In this document: piece after piece, positions 36,329-45,529 of the stretch | Layout: every line of letters begins with the position of its first letter | Position numbering within the stretch: position 1 is the first letter of the stretch | Assembly: GCA_018660835.1 (NCBI GenBank) | Contig: JABJJN010000008.1 | Location: forward strand, 46,977-110,976 | Direction: 5' to 3' | Length of the DNA stretch: 64,000 bases | Origin: Gemmatimonadota bacterium | GTDB taxonomy: Bacteria; Latescibacterota; UBA2968; UBA8231 | Notes under the pieces: generated by a model | Seen by the model: only the letters and a program-made list of their open reading frames with translations | What the model was told of the DNA's origin: nothing | Databases searched by the model: none | Made by a program: the position numbers and the translations under genes

Positions 36329-38209
36329 TTGCCTGGACGACGATCGCCCGTGGAAGCAACCTCGACAGCCATTCCCCAGCAGATCTCTGATGCTGTCGAT
36401 GCAGATCTGCACCGTGAGCTCTGGCAGCGAATCGCTGGACGCCTGCAGCGTGGGGACGCGCTCATCACCACTGAGGATTTCCTCAAGGTGCTCGAGGTAG
36501 AATACCAGGCGGTGACGGGCAACCCGGTCACGGACACGCTGCGGGAAGTCTTCGGCAAGACCATCAGCAGCTTCAATCGGGAGAACCCTGAGCGCTATGT
36601 CGCCGTCGGTGTGCAGAACTGTGTGCGCCGCGTTTTCGAGTCCAACTGCTTCAAGCTGGATTGGGATCTGGGCCAGATTGAGGATGTCGGGTCGCGCTCC
36701 ATTGCGCGCTTCAAATCACAGAATCTCGTGCAGGATCTGCTGCGCGACGTCAATGTCAGTACAACGGCCATCGACGGCGATGATTGTGTTCGCAACGCGG
36801 TAGATGTCGTTTCCGAACGCAAGCCTCGGACACAGAAACACGAGCTTGATGAGCCGCTGGCCGACGTTGACTTGCTCGAGCCAGTTGCTTCCGAGCCTGA
36901 ACCAGAACCCGAGCCCATCGCCGAAGAAACACAGGAAGCACTCAAGGACGGCACGATCTCTGATGGCGAATTGCAGGCTCGTCAGGCGGAGCAGGATCAG
37001 GCCCACGATCGACTCGAACACCGCGAGATGGGTCGCGTCGTTGAGCGTGTCGACCAGTATGTCCAGCAGGGCTACCTCACCACGGATGAGGGCGAGACGG
37101 TCCGCAAGTTGCACGACATCGATGAGCAGCAGAAGAGTGGTGCGATCGATGCCGAGGAAGCCAGTCGCCTGCGAAATTCTCTGATGACAGAAGAGTTGCG
37201 CACAAAACTTGACCGCAAGGTCAAAGGCGCCGTCGACCATGCAGTGCGCTTCCTGCAGGCCTTCGAATCGATGCAGCGCGTCTCAACCTCCATAGATGAG
37301 GCGTTGCGATTTCTGATTCATCACAAACACATTCTCGATCCAGAGCGCAGTGATCGGGAACGCGGACTAGCAGCACAGGAATTGCTCGAAGACCGCGAAC
37401 TTCTGCACCTGATCATCGAGATCATGGAGCGCAAGGACCATGAGATTCGCATGATCTCTGTCTGCTTACCGCCCTACAGCTACATCGTCAAGCGTGGCAA
37501 TGAGCGCATTGGGAATCTGACGATCGAAGAAGATTTCATCGATGACCTGCGCGAACTAGAAGCCGACGATATGTCCGACAAGTTGCACTCGGAGGACGCC
37601 CTGACCCGAGTGCGACCGGCGGCTGACATGCAGTGCCTGATTGCCATACTCAACCATCTGATCAAGGCAACGCCGTGGCGCAAGGAAGTGCGCATGATGC
37701 GGGTACAGGATTCCCTGGAGCAATTTTACCAGGAGACCGACGACCTGGGCGAGGCGCGTAAGCAGGCCGAAAACTTCCTTGCCAGACGGTTGCGGCGCAT
37801 GTTCAAGGATCTCAGCAATGATGAGAAGCATGAGATCGAAGAGCGCGGCGCCCAGATGCTGGACAATATCGAAGAGAAAGTGATCGCTGAGCGTCAGGCC
37901 AAAGCGGATGACGCGGCCACCGAAGCGGCGGCTCAGTCTGGTGGTGCAGGCGCAGGAGTGGAGGACGACGCCGAGTTGTCCGAAGACGAACTGAAGAAAG
38001 GTGCTGTCTTTGGCCGGGTAGAGATGCGCGTTGCTGGACAGATGCGTCGTGTCCCCCGCAAGCTGATGCTCGATCCGGATGACGGTGAGACCTATTGTCT
38101 GGCCCAACGCAATTCGGACACGGGTGAACTGGAACCGGTTCTACGAAGAGGTGCCAAACGCATCGTCGAGCGCGGCACCGATGGGCTCTGGCGCACCAAA
38201 GAGCGGTAA
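36329..38209 (+). CDS. large acidic hypothetical protein (626 aa), no domain I recognise
   Basis: Long uninterrupted ORF with no convincing competitor. Mostly helical, with E/D/R-rich composition, a PEPEPEP linker and a small C-terminal segment (GRVEMRVAGQMRRVPRKL...). The start is uncertain: TTG at 36329 or GTG at 36347. There is no in-frame ATG for about 230 codons. Confidence 0.65.
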   Translation: MPGRRSPVEATSTAIPQQISDAVDADLHRELWQRIAGRLQRGDALITTEDFLKVLEVEYQAVTGNPVTDTLREVFGKTISSFNRENPERYVAVGVQNCVRRVFESNCFKLDWDLGQIEDVGSRSIARFKSQNLVQDLLRDVNVSTTAIDGDDCVRNAVDVVSERKPRTQKHELDEPLADVDLLEPVASEPEPEPEPIAEETQEALKDGTISDGELQARQAEQDQAHDRLEHREMGRVVERVDQYVQQGYLTTDEGETVRKLHDIDEQQKSGAIDAEEASRLRNSLMTEELRTKLDRKVKGAVDHAVRFLQAFESMQRVSTSIDEALRFLIHHKHILDPERSDRERGLAAQELLEDRELLHLIIEIMERKDHEIRMISVCLPPYSYIVKRGNERIGNLTIEEDFIDDLRELEADDMSDKLHSEDALTRVRPAADMQCLIAILNHLIKATPWRKEVRMMRVQDSLEQFYQETDDLGEARKQAENFLARRLRRMFKDLSNDEKHEIEERGAQMLDNIEEKVIAERQAKADDAATEAAAQSGGAGAGVEDDAELSEDELKKGAVFGRVEMRVAGQMRRVPRKLMLDPDDGETYCLAQRNSDTGELEPVLRRGAKRIVERGTDGLWRTKER

Positions 38210-38331
38210 CCTCTGAACGGAGGAGCGGTCAAAAACTTCATGATCGCCCAAGTTCGCCGATATAGGGAAGACGGACTCCCCTGTCCGCAGGCAAGGAATT
38301 CTTTTCCCCTTTCCCCTGTGTCGCCGGTTTT

Positions 38332-40566
38332 ATGCCTGTAATCAACTCTGCCCTTGGCCTCGTTGGCCTGGCTACACGACGTCAGCTCAATCAAGCCGTC
38401 GATCGCAAAGATCGCTGGCATGGATTGGTACGCGAGGTCTTCGGGCAATACTATCTCAAATTCCGCGAAAGCTCCCTCGGCAATATGCCGGAGCTGCCGA
38501 GTCGTTATTCGGCAGATTGGGAGCGCCAGATGCGCGACGAACTGGACGCCTTCCTCAATCTCGATCTCGAATCGGTAGGCGATCTTCTCGATGCATGTGG
38601 CTATGGCACCGATAAATGGGAGAAACTGCAGGAAACTGGATTCCCTGCCCTGCGCCGACTTCTTGATGAAGTAGCCGAAACGGGTGAGACGCCGACGAAC
38701 CTCGGCAATGGCCATGCCGCCATCAGTGACGAGGACCTGACTGAGGCGGTCAATGAGGATGTCCTCGATCTGCTGCAGCGCCATCCGGATCTTGCCGAGG
38801 AGATGGTGCGGCGCGTCGATCTGGATTCGGGCCGCCTGCTGCTTGACCCGGAAGATCTGGAAGCGAGTGAATCTTATCGTCAGCTGCAAGCCCACCACGA
38901 AGAGTCACTGGAGGAACTGAAGCGTTTTCGGCGCGGTGGTCGCCAGGCCCTGGAGCGCATTCAGCAGCTACAACTTCAGATCGAGGAACTACAAGGTGAA
39001 GCTGCGCCCTTGTTCTCCCCGCCGCAGCCGGCGGATCCCGATCCTGACCTGGAACGAGAAGTTGCCAACCTCCGCACGGAGCTGCGAGCGCGCGAAGCCT
39101 CTTCGGCAGCACTACGTGATCGAATTGACGGCCTGGAAGGACAGCTCGGCGAGCAGAGTCCAGATGAAACGCTGAGCGAGTCTCTCGCCTTCGCTGAAGA
39201 TGGCATCCAGGAGCGAGACGACACGATTGTACGTCTTCAAGCAAGAATCGAACGTCTCGAGAAACAACTGGAGGAAGAGACCGCCGAGGCAGATGAGAGT
39301 GCTGAACTACGCGAGCTGCGCTCTAGCCTGAAATCCCGCGAGCATGAAATCGAGGGATTGAAGGCAGATCTCGAGCAACTTGCGTCCATCGATAGCGCTT
39401 CAGCGACCGATTCGACGCAACTGCAGGAGCAGATAGACGAATTGCAGAGCCAGCTGCAAGCACGCGATCACAACCTCCAGTCTCTGCGAGAAGAGATTGA
39501 GCGCCTGCAAAACGAGTCGGCGACACTTCGCCCGGATCGGGCCGACGACGAAAGGGAAGAGGACGCGGCGCAATTGCGTCACCTGCTCAATGCCCGTGAC
39601 CAGACCATTGCGGGTCTGCAGGAGCAGATTGCCGCCCTCGAGGCGGGTCTGGAAACCGATGGGAAACAGATCGTCGGCGATGAGGCAGAGGAGGACGGCG
39701 ACCTGCAGCAATTGCGCAACGATCTACGCGTGCGCGAGCACACGATTGAGACACAGCAGGAGCAGATCGAAAAACTCGAGGCCGACCTGGAGCGGGTCGA
39801 ACGACGCGCGGGTCGTGGTGAGGAGAACGAAGAGGGCACCCCTGGCAGTGGCCTCGTTGACCGTGGGGATGAACGCCTCAGTGAAGAGGTCGGATCTCTG
39901 CAGCGCGACCTGAGTGTGAGGGACGCAACCATCCTCGATCTGCGCAAACAGGTGCATGCCTTCGAAGAGGAATTAGGACAGGCCCGTGAGTCTCTGTTGG
40001 CCGAAGTCGACAAGCTCAAGGCACTCACTTCTGGCGAATTGGAGCTCAAACCGTCCGCAGAGCTGGACGAGATGGACTCCGACGAACTGCTCGGCTATGC
40101 ACGAGACGTCGCCGAAGATCTCGATGTTCGCCGCCAGACCCTGGACGAAGGTCTGTCGGGCATCGAGTCCGTGAAGGGCTCTTATGAAGAGAGCAAGCGC
40201 GTCTATCAGGACCAGGAAAAAGAAATGCAGGACCAGCTGGAATCCCTGCGTGGCGAACTGGAATCGTATCAGGTGGAGCAGGAGCGAGACAAGGCAGCAG
40301 GTGGTGCGGAGTCACATGAACTGATCGTCAAGCAGCGTGAGCAGCTCGATCTGCTGTCTACACGTATTCGACAGCTCGTATCCAGCAATCAGGGCCTCAA
40401 TGAATCAAACAAGAAGATGTACGAGAATCTTGAGCAGGCTGTGAAACGAGTGATCCCCCTGCGTAAGCAGATTGAAGACCTCGACAGCCTCAACGAGGCC
40501 TTGCAGCGCTACATCAGGCAAACCCACGACCGTACCTTCACGACCAAGAAGCTGACCGCCGTCTGA
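38332..40566 (+). CDS. large coiled-coil hypothetical protein (744 aa) with periodic repeat
   Basis: Globular N-terminus of about 190 aa, then about 450 aa of heptad-rich sequence. It holds seven copies of the R[ED]xx[IL]xxLxxx[IV]xxLE motif. Confidence 0.7.
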   Translation: MPVINSALGLVGLATRRQLNQAVDRKDRWHGLVREVFGQYYLKFRESSLGNMPELPSRYSADWERQMRDELDAFLNLDLESVGDLLDACGYGTDKWEKLQETGFPALRRLLDEVAETGETPTNLGNGHAAISDEDLTEAVNEDVLDLLQRHPDLAEEMVRRVDLDSGRLLLDPEDLEASESYRQLQAHHEESLEELKRFRRGGRQALERIQQLQLQIEELQGEAAPLFSPPQPADPDPDLEREVANLRTELRAREASSAALRDRIDGLEGQLGEQSPDETLSESLAFAEDGIQERDDTIVRLQARIERLEKQLEEETAEADESAELRELRSSLKSREHEIEGLKADLEQLASIDSASATDSTQLQEQIDELQSQLQARDHNLQSLREEIERLQNESATLRPDRADDEREEDAAQLRHLLNARDQTIAGLQEQIAALEAGLETDGKQIVGDEAEEDGDLQQLRNDLRVREHTIETQQEQIEKLEADLERVERRAGRGEENEEGTPGSGLVDRGDERLSEEVGSLQRDLSVRDATILDLRKQVHAFEEELGQARESLLAEVDKLKALTSGELELKPSAELDEMDSDELLGYARDVAEDLDVRRQTLDEGLSGIESVKGSYEESKRVYQDQEKEMQDQLESLRGELESYQVEQERDKAAGGAESHELIVKQREQLDLLSTRIRQLVSSNQGLNESNKKMYENLEQAVKRVIPLRKQIEDLDSLNEALQRYIRQTHDRTFTTKKLTAV

Positions 40567-40583
40567 GGTGTCGTCGAGGTGCT

Positions 40584-43283
40584 CTACGGGCCGTCGCGCA
40601 ATTGGGCTGCGAGTTCTTCCAGGTCAACTCTCAGGGCCGCGACGAGATCTACCCCCAAACTCAGATCGCCCACCTTTCCAGCTTCCTCGATCAACAGCGC
40701 CGCCTCCCGCACTCTTTCGGCCCCAATATTGGCCGCAGCTCCCTTCACCCCATGAGCCGTCCTGCCCATTTCTTCGACGTTGCCCGCGTCCAGATGTTGC
40801 TGCAGTAAGGAGACTTGCTTCGGCATGTCTTCGAGGAAGAGTTCGATCACTTCCTGCAACAGTTCTTCGTCATCAGCCATGCGATCAAGAGCCGCAACGC
40901 GATCGAAAACCGGCTTTTTCTTTGGCGCCTGCGGCGTCGAGAGGCTCGCAACATCGACGGCGGCCGGTGTCAGTGGCGCAGATGTGCCGGTCCAATGCGC
41001 CACCACTTCGTATAGCTGTTGCCGGTTCAGTGGTTTGGGCAAATAGTCATCCATCCCAGCTTCCAGGCAGCGTTCTCGATCTCCGGTCAGTGCATGGGCG
41101 GTCATTGCAACGATCGGTAGTCTGGCCGAGCCCTGTTCCTCCTCAGCGGCGCGGATCACCGCCGTCGCCTCCAAGCCATCCATCTGTGGCATCGACACAT
41201 CCATCAGTACCAAATCAAAGCTGCCAGTCTGAACCATCTCGACGGCACGCTCGCCGTCCTCAGCGATCTCGACGTCGTGGCCAACCCGTTGGAGCAACTC
41301 CCGCCCCAAGCGCTGGTTGACGATGTTGTCCTCTGCCAGCAGGATACGCAACTGTCGACGGCGTTCACGCAGTGTGTAGCGGGTGATCAGATCTGCGGGC
41401 GCGTCGGGGCCACTGGCCAACACAAGAGCCTCATGCAACTCATCACGAGTGGCCGCCTCGTTGAGGTAGGCCGCCACGCCATGACGACGACAGTCACTGG
41501 CATCACCGCGCTGCCCACCACGGGCCAGGATCAGAGTCGGTGGTGCCGAATCCCATCGCTGCGCCAGACTACTCGCAACGGCGAGACAATCTGCCAGCAC
41601 CAGATCCAGTACGATCGCCGCAATTTCCTCTGTTTTTGCGCCATCAGAGTCGTCTTCACGCAGCGCCACTGCATCAAGCACTTTCTCGAGACCCGCCGCA
41701 TTCTCAACATTCCAGCCGCGCTCTGTCAGCTCATCACCGATTCCACGGCCCTGCGAACGCCCATCGCTGACCAACAGCAGGTGACGCCCATGGTGATCGT
41801 GCCCAACAGCCACTGCGTCCTCTATGGGGGGATCACTGAATTGCATGTGCACGAGAAAGTGGAAAGTGCTGCCCCTGCCCTCTTCGCTCTCAACCCAGAT
41901 CCGCCCATCCATGAGATCGACGATCTGCGTACAGATCGACAGCCCCAAACCCGTCCCGCCAAAGCGACGCGTCGTGGAACCATCAGCCTGTGTAAATGAT
42001 TCGAAGATCCTTGGCTGTTGCTCGGTAGGAATGCCGATCCCTGTGTCCTCGATTGAACCATGCAGCACGACATCTGCATCCTTACGGGACTCGACCTCAA
42101 CCTTAACACTGACATGTCCGTGATCTGTGAACTTGATCGCATTGCTGACCAGATTGGTGACCACCTGACGTAGGCGCGTCGGATCGCCGCTCAGATTCGC
42201 CGGCACTTCGTCGGTTACGTGGCAACGAAGGTCGAGCCCTTTCTCTCGTGCTCGTAGGCGCACAGGGAGCAGGGCCGTATCGAGACTGGTGCGCAGATCG
42301 AAGTCAATCGCCTCGAGCTCGAGGCGTCCCGCCTCGATTTTCGAGAAATCCAGGATGTCGTTGATGATCTCCAACAACGAATCCGCCGATGTTCGCACCG
42401 CCTCCAGGTATTCACGGGTCTCGTCCTGAACGTCGGCATCTTCCAGGGCCAGGTCAGTCATGCCGATGATGCCATTCATCGGCGTACGGATCTCGTGTGA
42501 CATGTTCGCAAGAAACTCGCTCTTCGTCCGACTCGTCGCTTCGGCTGAGTCGGCCGCCGCGCGCAGGGCGGCCTCCGCCTCCTTCTGCTGGCGGATATCG
42601 CGCACGACCAGCACGTAGCGCGTCTCATCCGCCGAAGGCAATTGGCCGACGGTGATGCTCATGGGGAAGAGGGTGCTATCCACATGCTGGCCCTCCAATT
42701 CGTACCCCGATTGTGGGCTCAGTTCATCGGCAAAAAGATCATCGAGGCCGAGATTCAGCGTGCTGATAGGCAGTTGCTCATAGGAAGGCACAAGCAAGCC
42801 AATGTGCAGACCGAGCATGTCCGACGATGCGCGTCCGAACATCTGTTCCGCTGCAGGATTGGATCGCTCCACCAGACCAAGCGTATCAATCGTGAGAATT
42901 CCATCGGCCGCTGTCGCCAGAATGGACTGCACTTCCCCTTCGCCGACGAAGGCCATGGAGATCAGCTCGTTCACCGTCGCCGCCAGCTGCCCCACTTCGT
43001 CGCGACTCTCGACGACAAGATGAATGTCGCCGTCGCCATCGATGCGTTGTCGCAGGGAATCGATCGCACTCAGCAGCGGCCGCTGAACCTGGTCTCGCAA
43101 CCACACGACGGTGAAGGCGGCAGTAACTGATGCACCCAGCAGAGCCGCCCCTCCCATGGCAACGGCACCAAGCCCGGCGATGGCCCCCACGAGAGCGGAC
43201 AACACGGCGATGGCTGCGATCGCAGGTAACAAGCGGCGAGCCAGATGCGCGGGCAGAGCGTCGAGAGTCTGTTCGTCGTCCAT
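40584..43283 (-). CDS. hybrid sensor histidine kinase (TM-HAMP-PAS-HisKA-HATPase-REC-REC-Hpt)
   Basis: H-box MSHEIRTPMNGIIG. N/G boxes (VSNAIKFT, DTGIGI, GGTGLGLSI). Second receiver LLAEDN...DLVLMDVSMPQMDG...YLPKP. Hpt HGVKGAAANIG. I chose the start at MDDEQTL (43283). Confidence 0.9.
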   Translation of the reverse strand: MDDEQTLDALPAHLARRLLPAIAAIAVLSALVGAIAGLGAVAMGGAALLGASVTAAFTVVWLRDQVQRPLLSAIDSLRQRIDGDGDIHLVVESRDEVGQLAATVNELISMAFVGEGEVQSILATAADGILTIDTLGLVERSNPAAEQMFGRASSDMLGLHIGLLVPSYEQLPISTLNLGLDDLFADELSPQSGYELEGQHVDSTLFPMSITVGQLPSADETRYVLVVRDIRQQKEAEAALRAAADSAEATSRTKSEFLANMSHEIRTPMNGIIGMTDLALEDADVQDETREYLEAVRTSADSLLEIINDILDFSKIEAGRLELEAIDFDLRTSLDTALLPVRLRAREKGLDLRCHVTDEVPANLSGDPTRLRQVVTNLVSNAIKFTDHGHVSVKVEVESRKDADVVLHGSIEDTGIGIPTEQQPRIFESFTQADGSTTRRFGGTGLGLSICTQIVDLMDGRIWVESEEGRGSTFHFLVHMQFSDPPIEDAVAVGHDHHGRHLLLVSDGRSQGRGIGDELTERGWNVENAAGLEKVLDAVALREDDSDGAKTEEIAAIVLDLVLADCLAVASSLAQRWDSAPPTLILARGGQRGDASDCRRHGVAAYLNEAATRDELHEALVLASGPDAPADLITRYTLRERRRQLRILLAEDNIVNQRLGRELLQRVGHDVEIAEDGERAVEMVQTGSFDLVLMDVSMPQMDGLEATAVIRAAEEEQGSARLPIVAMTAHALTGDRERCLEAGMDDYLPKPLNRQQLYEVVAHWTGTSAPLTPAAVDVASLSTPQAPKKKPVFDRVAALDRMADDEELLQEVIELFLEDMPKQVSLLQQHLDAGNVEEMGRTAHGVKGAAANIGAERVREAALLIEEAGKVGDLSLGVDLVAALRVDLEELAAQLRDGP

Positions 43284-43466
43284 CACTTGGCCGGATGTTG
43301 GATTCTGGGGATGTTGGTTTCTGCGAGAAAGGCGGTGAATGTAGGCGGCACACTGGCACCGGGCAACGCTCTGACAGGGCCACACCAATCGGCCAGAACT
43401 GACGGGCAGACAAGCAGTTACGAATTCCAGTCGGCTGTGGTCACACCTAGCACCTATATTGCAGGA

Positions 43467-43661
43467 ATGGACAGTGACCCACAGCGCGATCCACAGACTG
43501 ATTCAGAGTCAGGACAGTGCGGGCTATGTCAACACGTCCGTATCATACGCAATGGACGCTCTGATTTCTTCCTTTGTGAGCGCTCCGTAGACGACGACCA
43601 ATATCCTCGCTATCCGCGACTCCCGATGGTGGGTTGTGGCGGCTACAAACAGGGCCACTAG
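43467..43661 (+). CDS. small cysteine-rich protein (CxxC...C...C), conserved hypothetical
   Basis: MDSDPQ...CGLCQHVRIIRNGRSDFFLCERSV...YPRYPRLPMVGCGGY. 64 aa. Confidence 0.55.
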   Translation: MDSDPQRDPQTDSESGQCGLCQHVRIIRNGRSDFFLCERSVDDDQYPRYPRLPMVGCGGYKQGH

Positions 43662-43673
43662 GGAACATCGTCG

Positions 43674-44042
43674 ATGGCGAAGTCACGCAAGAAACGTGTT
43701 GTTGGGCGCAAGAAGCGGCCCCGGCGTCGGCCGCCGTCGACGGGAGGTATGCTTGTAGTCGGCCCACTCGCCGCTCTACTGGTGATCGCCATCGGCGGAT
43801 ATCTGCTCTTTGACGACCGTCATTGGCACGCCTTTGACGAGGCCGGTGATGGTGCCTTTTCGCGACAGAACTACGCGTATGCGCAAAGTATGTATCGCAA
43901 AGCCTTGCTCGAAGCGGAACGACTTGAGGATCGGCAACTGATGGTGGCCACCCTGGCAGATCTACAACGTGTCACCCACGCGCAAGGTTTGAGTAGCCAA
44001 GCAGCAGATTATGCTGCTCGTCGGGCCGCGTTAGGCCGCTAA
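43674..44042 (+). CDS. small membrane-anchored protein with TPR-like helical tail
   Basis: Basic N-terminus (KSRKKRVVGRKKRPRRR), a TM segment (MLVVGPLAALLVIAIGGYLLF), and a helical tail (YAYAQSMYRKALLEAERL). Confidence 0.55.
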   Translation: MAKSRKKRVVGRKKRPRRRPPSTGGMLVVGPLAALLVIAIGGYLLFDDRHWHAFDEAGDGAFSRQNYAYAQSMYRKALLEAERLEDRQLMVATLADLQRVTHAQGLSSQAADYAARRAALGR

Positions 44043-44305
44043 CACGCCGGCCTCCTGCCGAAAATTCGTCAGGGCCACAGCCAGTAACTTCGCAGAAGGT
44101 CACTTCCAGGTTGCCAGAATCACCACCTGGGGGCTAAACTAGGGGAGACGTTCTCCCCGAACGTTTACTGCCCATCCTCCTGGTACCCCCTTTCCTTGCT
44201 ATGACCGTGAATGCCCCACGTGGGGGCCTGCATGGTTACATGACACACCGGCATTGCGACGAGCATTCTGCACGACCGTCGCGGTGATTCGGATGCCATG
44301 AGATA

Positions 44306-45373
44306 TTGGGAAATGTGAATCAGGTTCCTGCCAGTCCATCTACCGCCAATCAGTTTCCTCAGATTGTGGCGGCGGGCAGTGCGTATGAATTGGGTCTTGC
44401 CCACGGTCATCAAGGGGCAGACTTGATCGAGCGCTATCTACGTCTGATCGAGAAGAGCACGAACCGCGATCGGTCTGTCCTCGCTGGTGGCGCCATGGCC
44501 TTCGTCCCTCTCATCGAGAGGCTCAGTCCGTTGTATCTGGACGAGGTAAAGGGACTTGCTGAGGGTGCCCGAATCAGCTTCGAAGAGGCCATGATCTGCC
44601 AGGTGAGAGGTGCCGCAGTGCAGGGCATCGACAACGATGGCTGTACCGCCTTCGCCTTGACAGGCGAGGCGACGCGCGGAGGCCGTACACTGGCTGGGCA
44701 AAACCAGGATCTTGGGGCAGAATTCGCCGATGTGGGTGTCGTTCTGCGACTGGCGCCGAATGATGGCCGCCCACGAGTTGCGATGTTCACCTTTGCCGGC
44801 CAACTCGGCTACATGGGGATGAACGAATACGGCGTCGCACACTTCGCCAATGGACTGGGCAATTCCCCATTTCAGCGAGGTCTGACACACTATCCTCTGA
44901 AACGCCGCTGCTTCGAAATGCGCAATGTCGGCGAATGCGTTGAGACACTACGCCAGCACCGCACGTGTGGCGCCGGCAACATGGTTTTCTGCGATGGGGA
45001 GGGTGGGATTGCAGACGTGGAGATCCGACCCGAGGGAATCGCCGTCTTCAATGACACACAGCCCTGTCAGCGCCTGCACACCAACCACTATGTCAGTGAC
45101 CAGTTTGCGGCCCATGAGGACGGCAACACGCCAGATTCCGTGCCGCGCCTGGATCGGATCCGTGAATTGGTCGCCGCCAACTGGGGTGACGTGACCATCG
45201 ACTCCATGAAACAGATCCTCGCCGACCACGACGGAGATCCGGGAGCGATCTGTCGCCACGGGGCTCGCGGTTCCTTTTCCGTTGCTGGCTACATTGCCGA
45301 TGCCACGTCTCGCGTTTTGCACGTTCGACGCGGCTTTGGCTGTACGGGCACGTGGAGTGAATACGAGGTATAA
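44306..45373 (+). CDS. C45-family peptidase / acyl-CoA:6-APA acyltransferase-like Ntn hydrolase
   Basis: Autoprocessing/nucleophile motif DNDGCTAFAL about 110 aa from the start. 355 aa. TTG (44306) or GTG (44315) start. Confidence 0.75.
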   Translation: MGNVNQVPASPSTANQFPQIVAAGSAYELGLAHGHQGADLIERYLRLIEKSTNRDRSVLAGGAMAFVPLIERLSPLYLDEVKGLAEGARISFEEAMICQVRGAAVQGIDNDGCTAFALTGEATRGGRTLAGQNQDLGAEFADVGVVLRLAPNDGRPRVAMFTFAGQLGYMGMNEYGVAHFANGLGNSPFQRGLTHYPLKRRCFEMRNVGECVETLRQHRTCGAGNMVFCDGEGGIADVEIRPEGIAVFNDTQPCQRLHTNHYVSDQFAAHEDGNTPDSVPRLDRIRELVAANWGDVTIDSMKQILADHDGDPGAICRHGARGSFSVAGYIADATSRVLHVRRGFGCTGTWSEYEV

Positions 45374-45529
45374 AAGAATCATGTGGTAGAAGAAGGCGCC
45401 CCCCAGGCGTCGAATGCGGTGGCTCCCCAGTCACCTCCCACCCACGCTTACATCCCCCTGCAGTCAGGCGGCTCCCCGCCATCATGCGTCAAGTGATCGC
45501 AGCTGTGGTCACCGACATCAAAGGATTCT

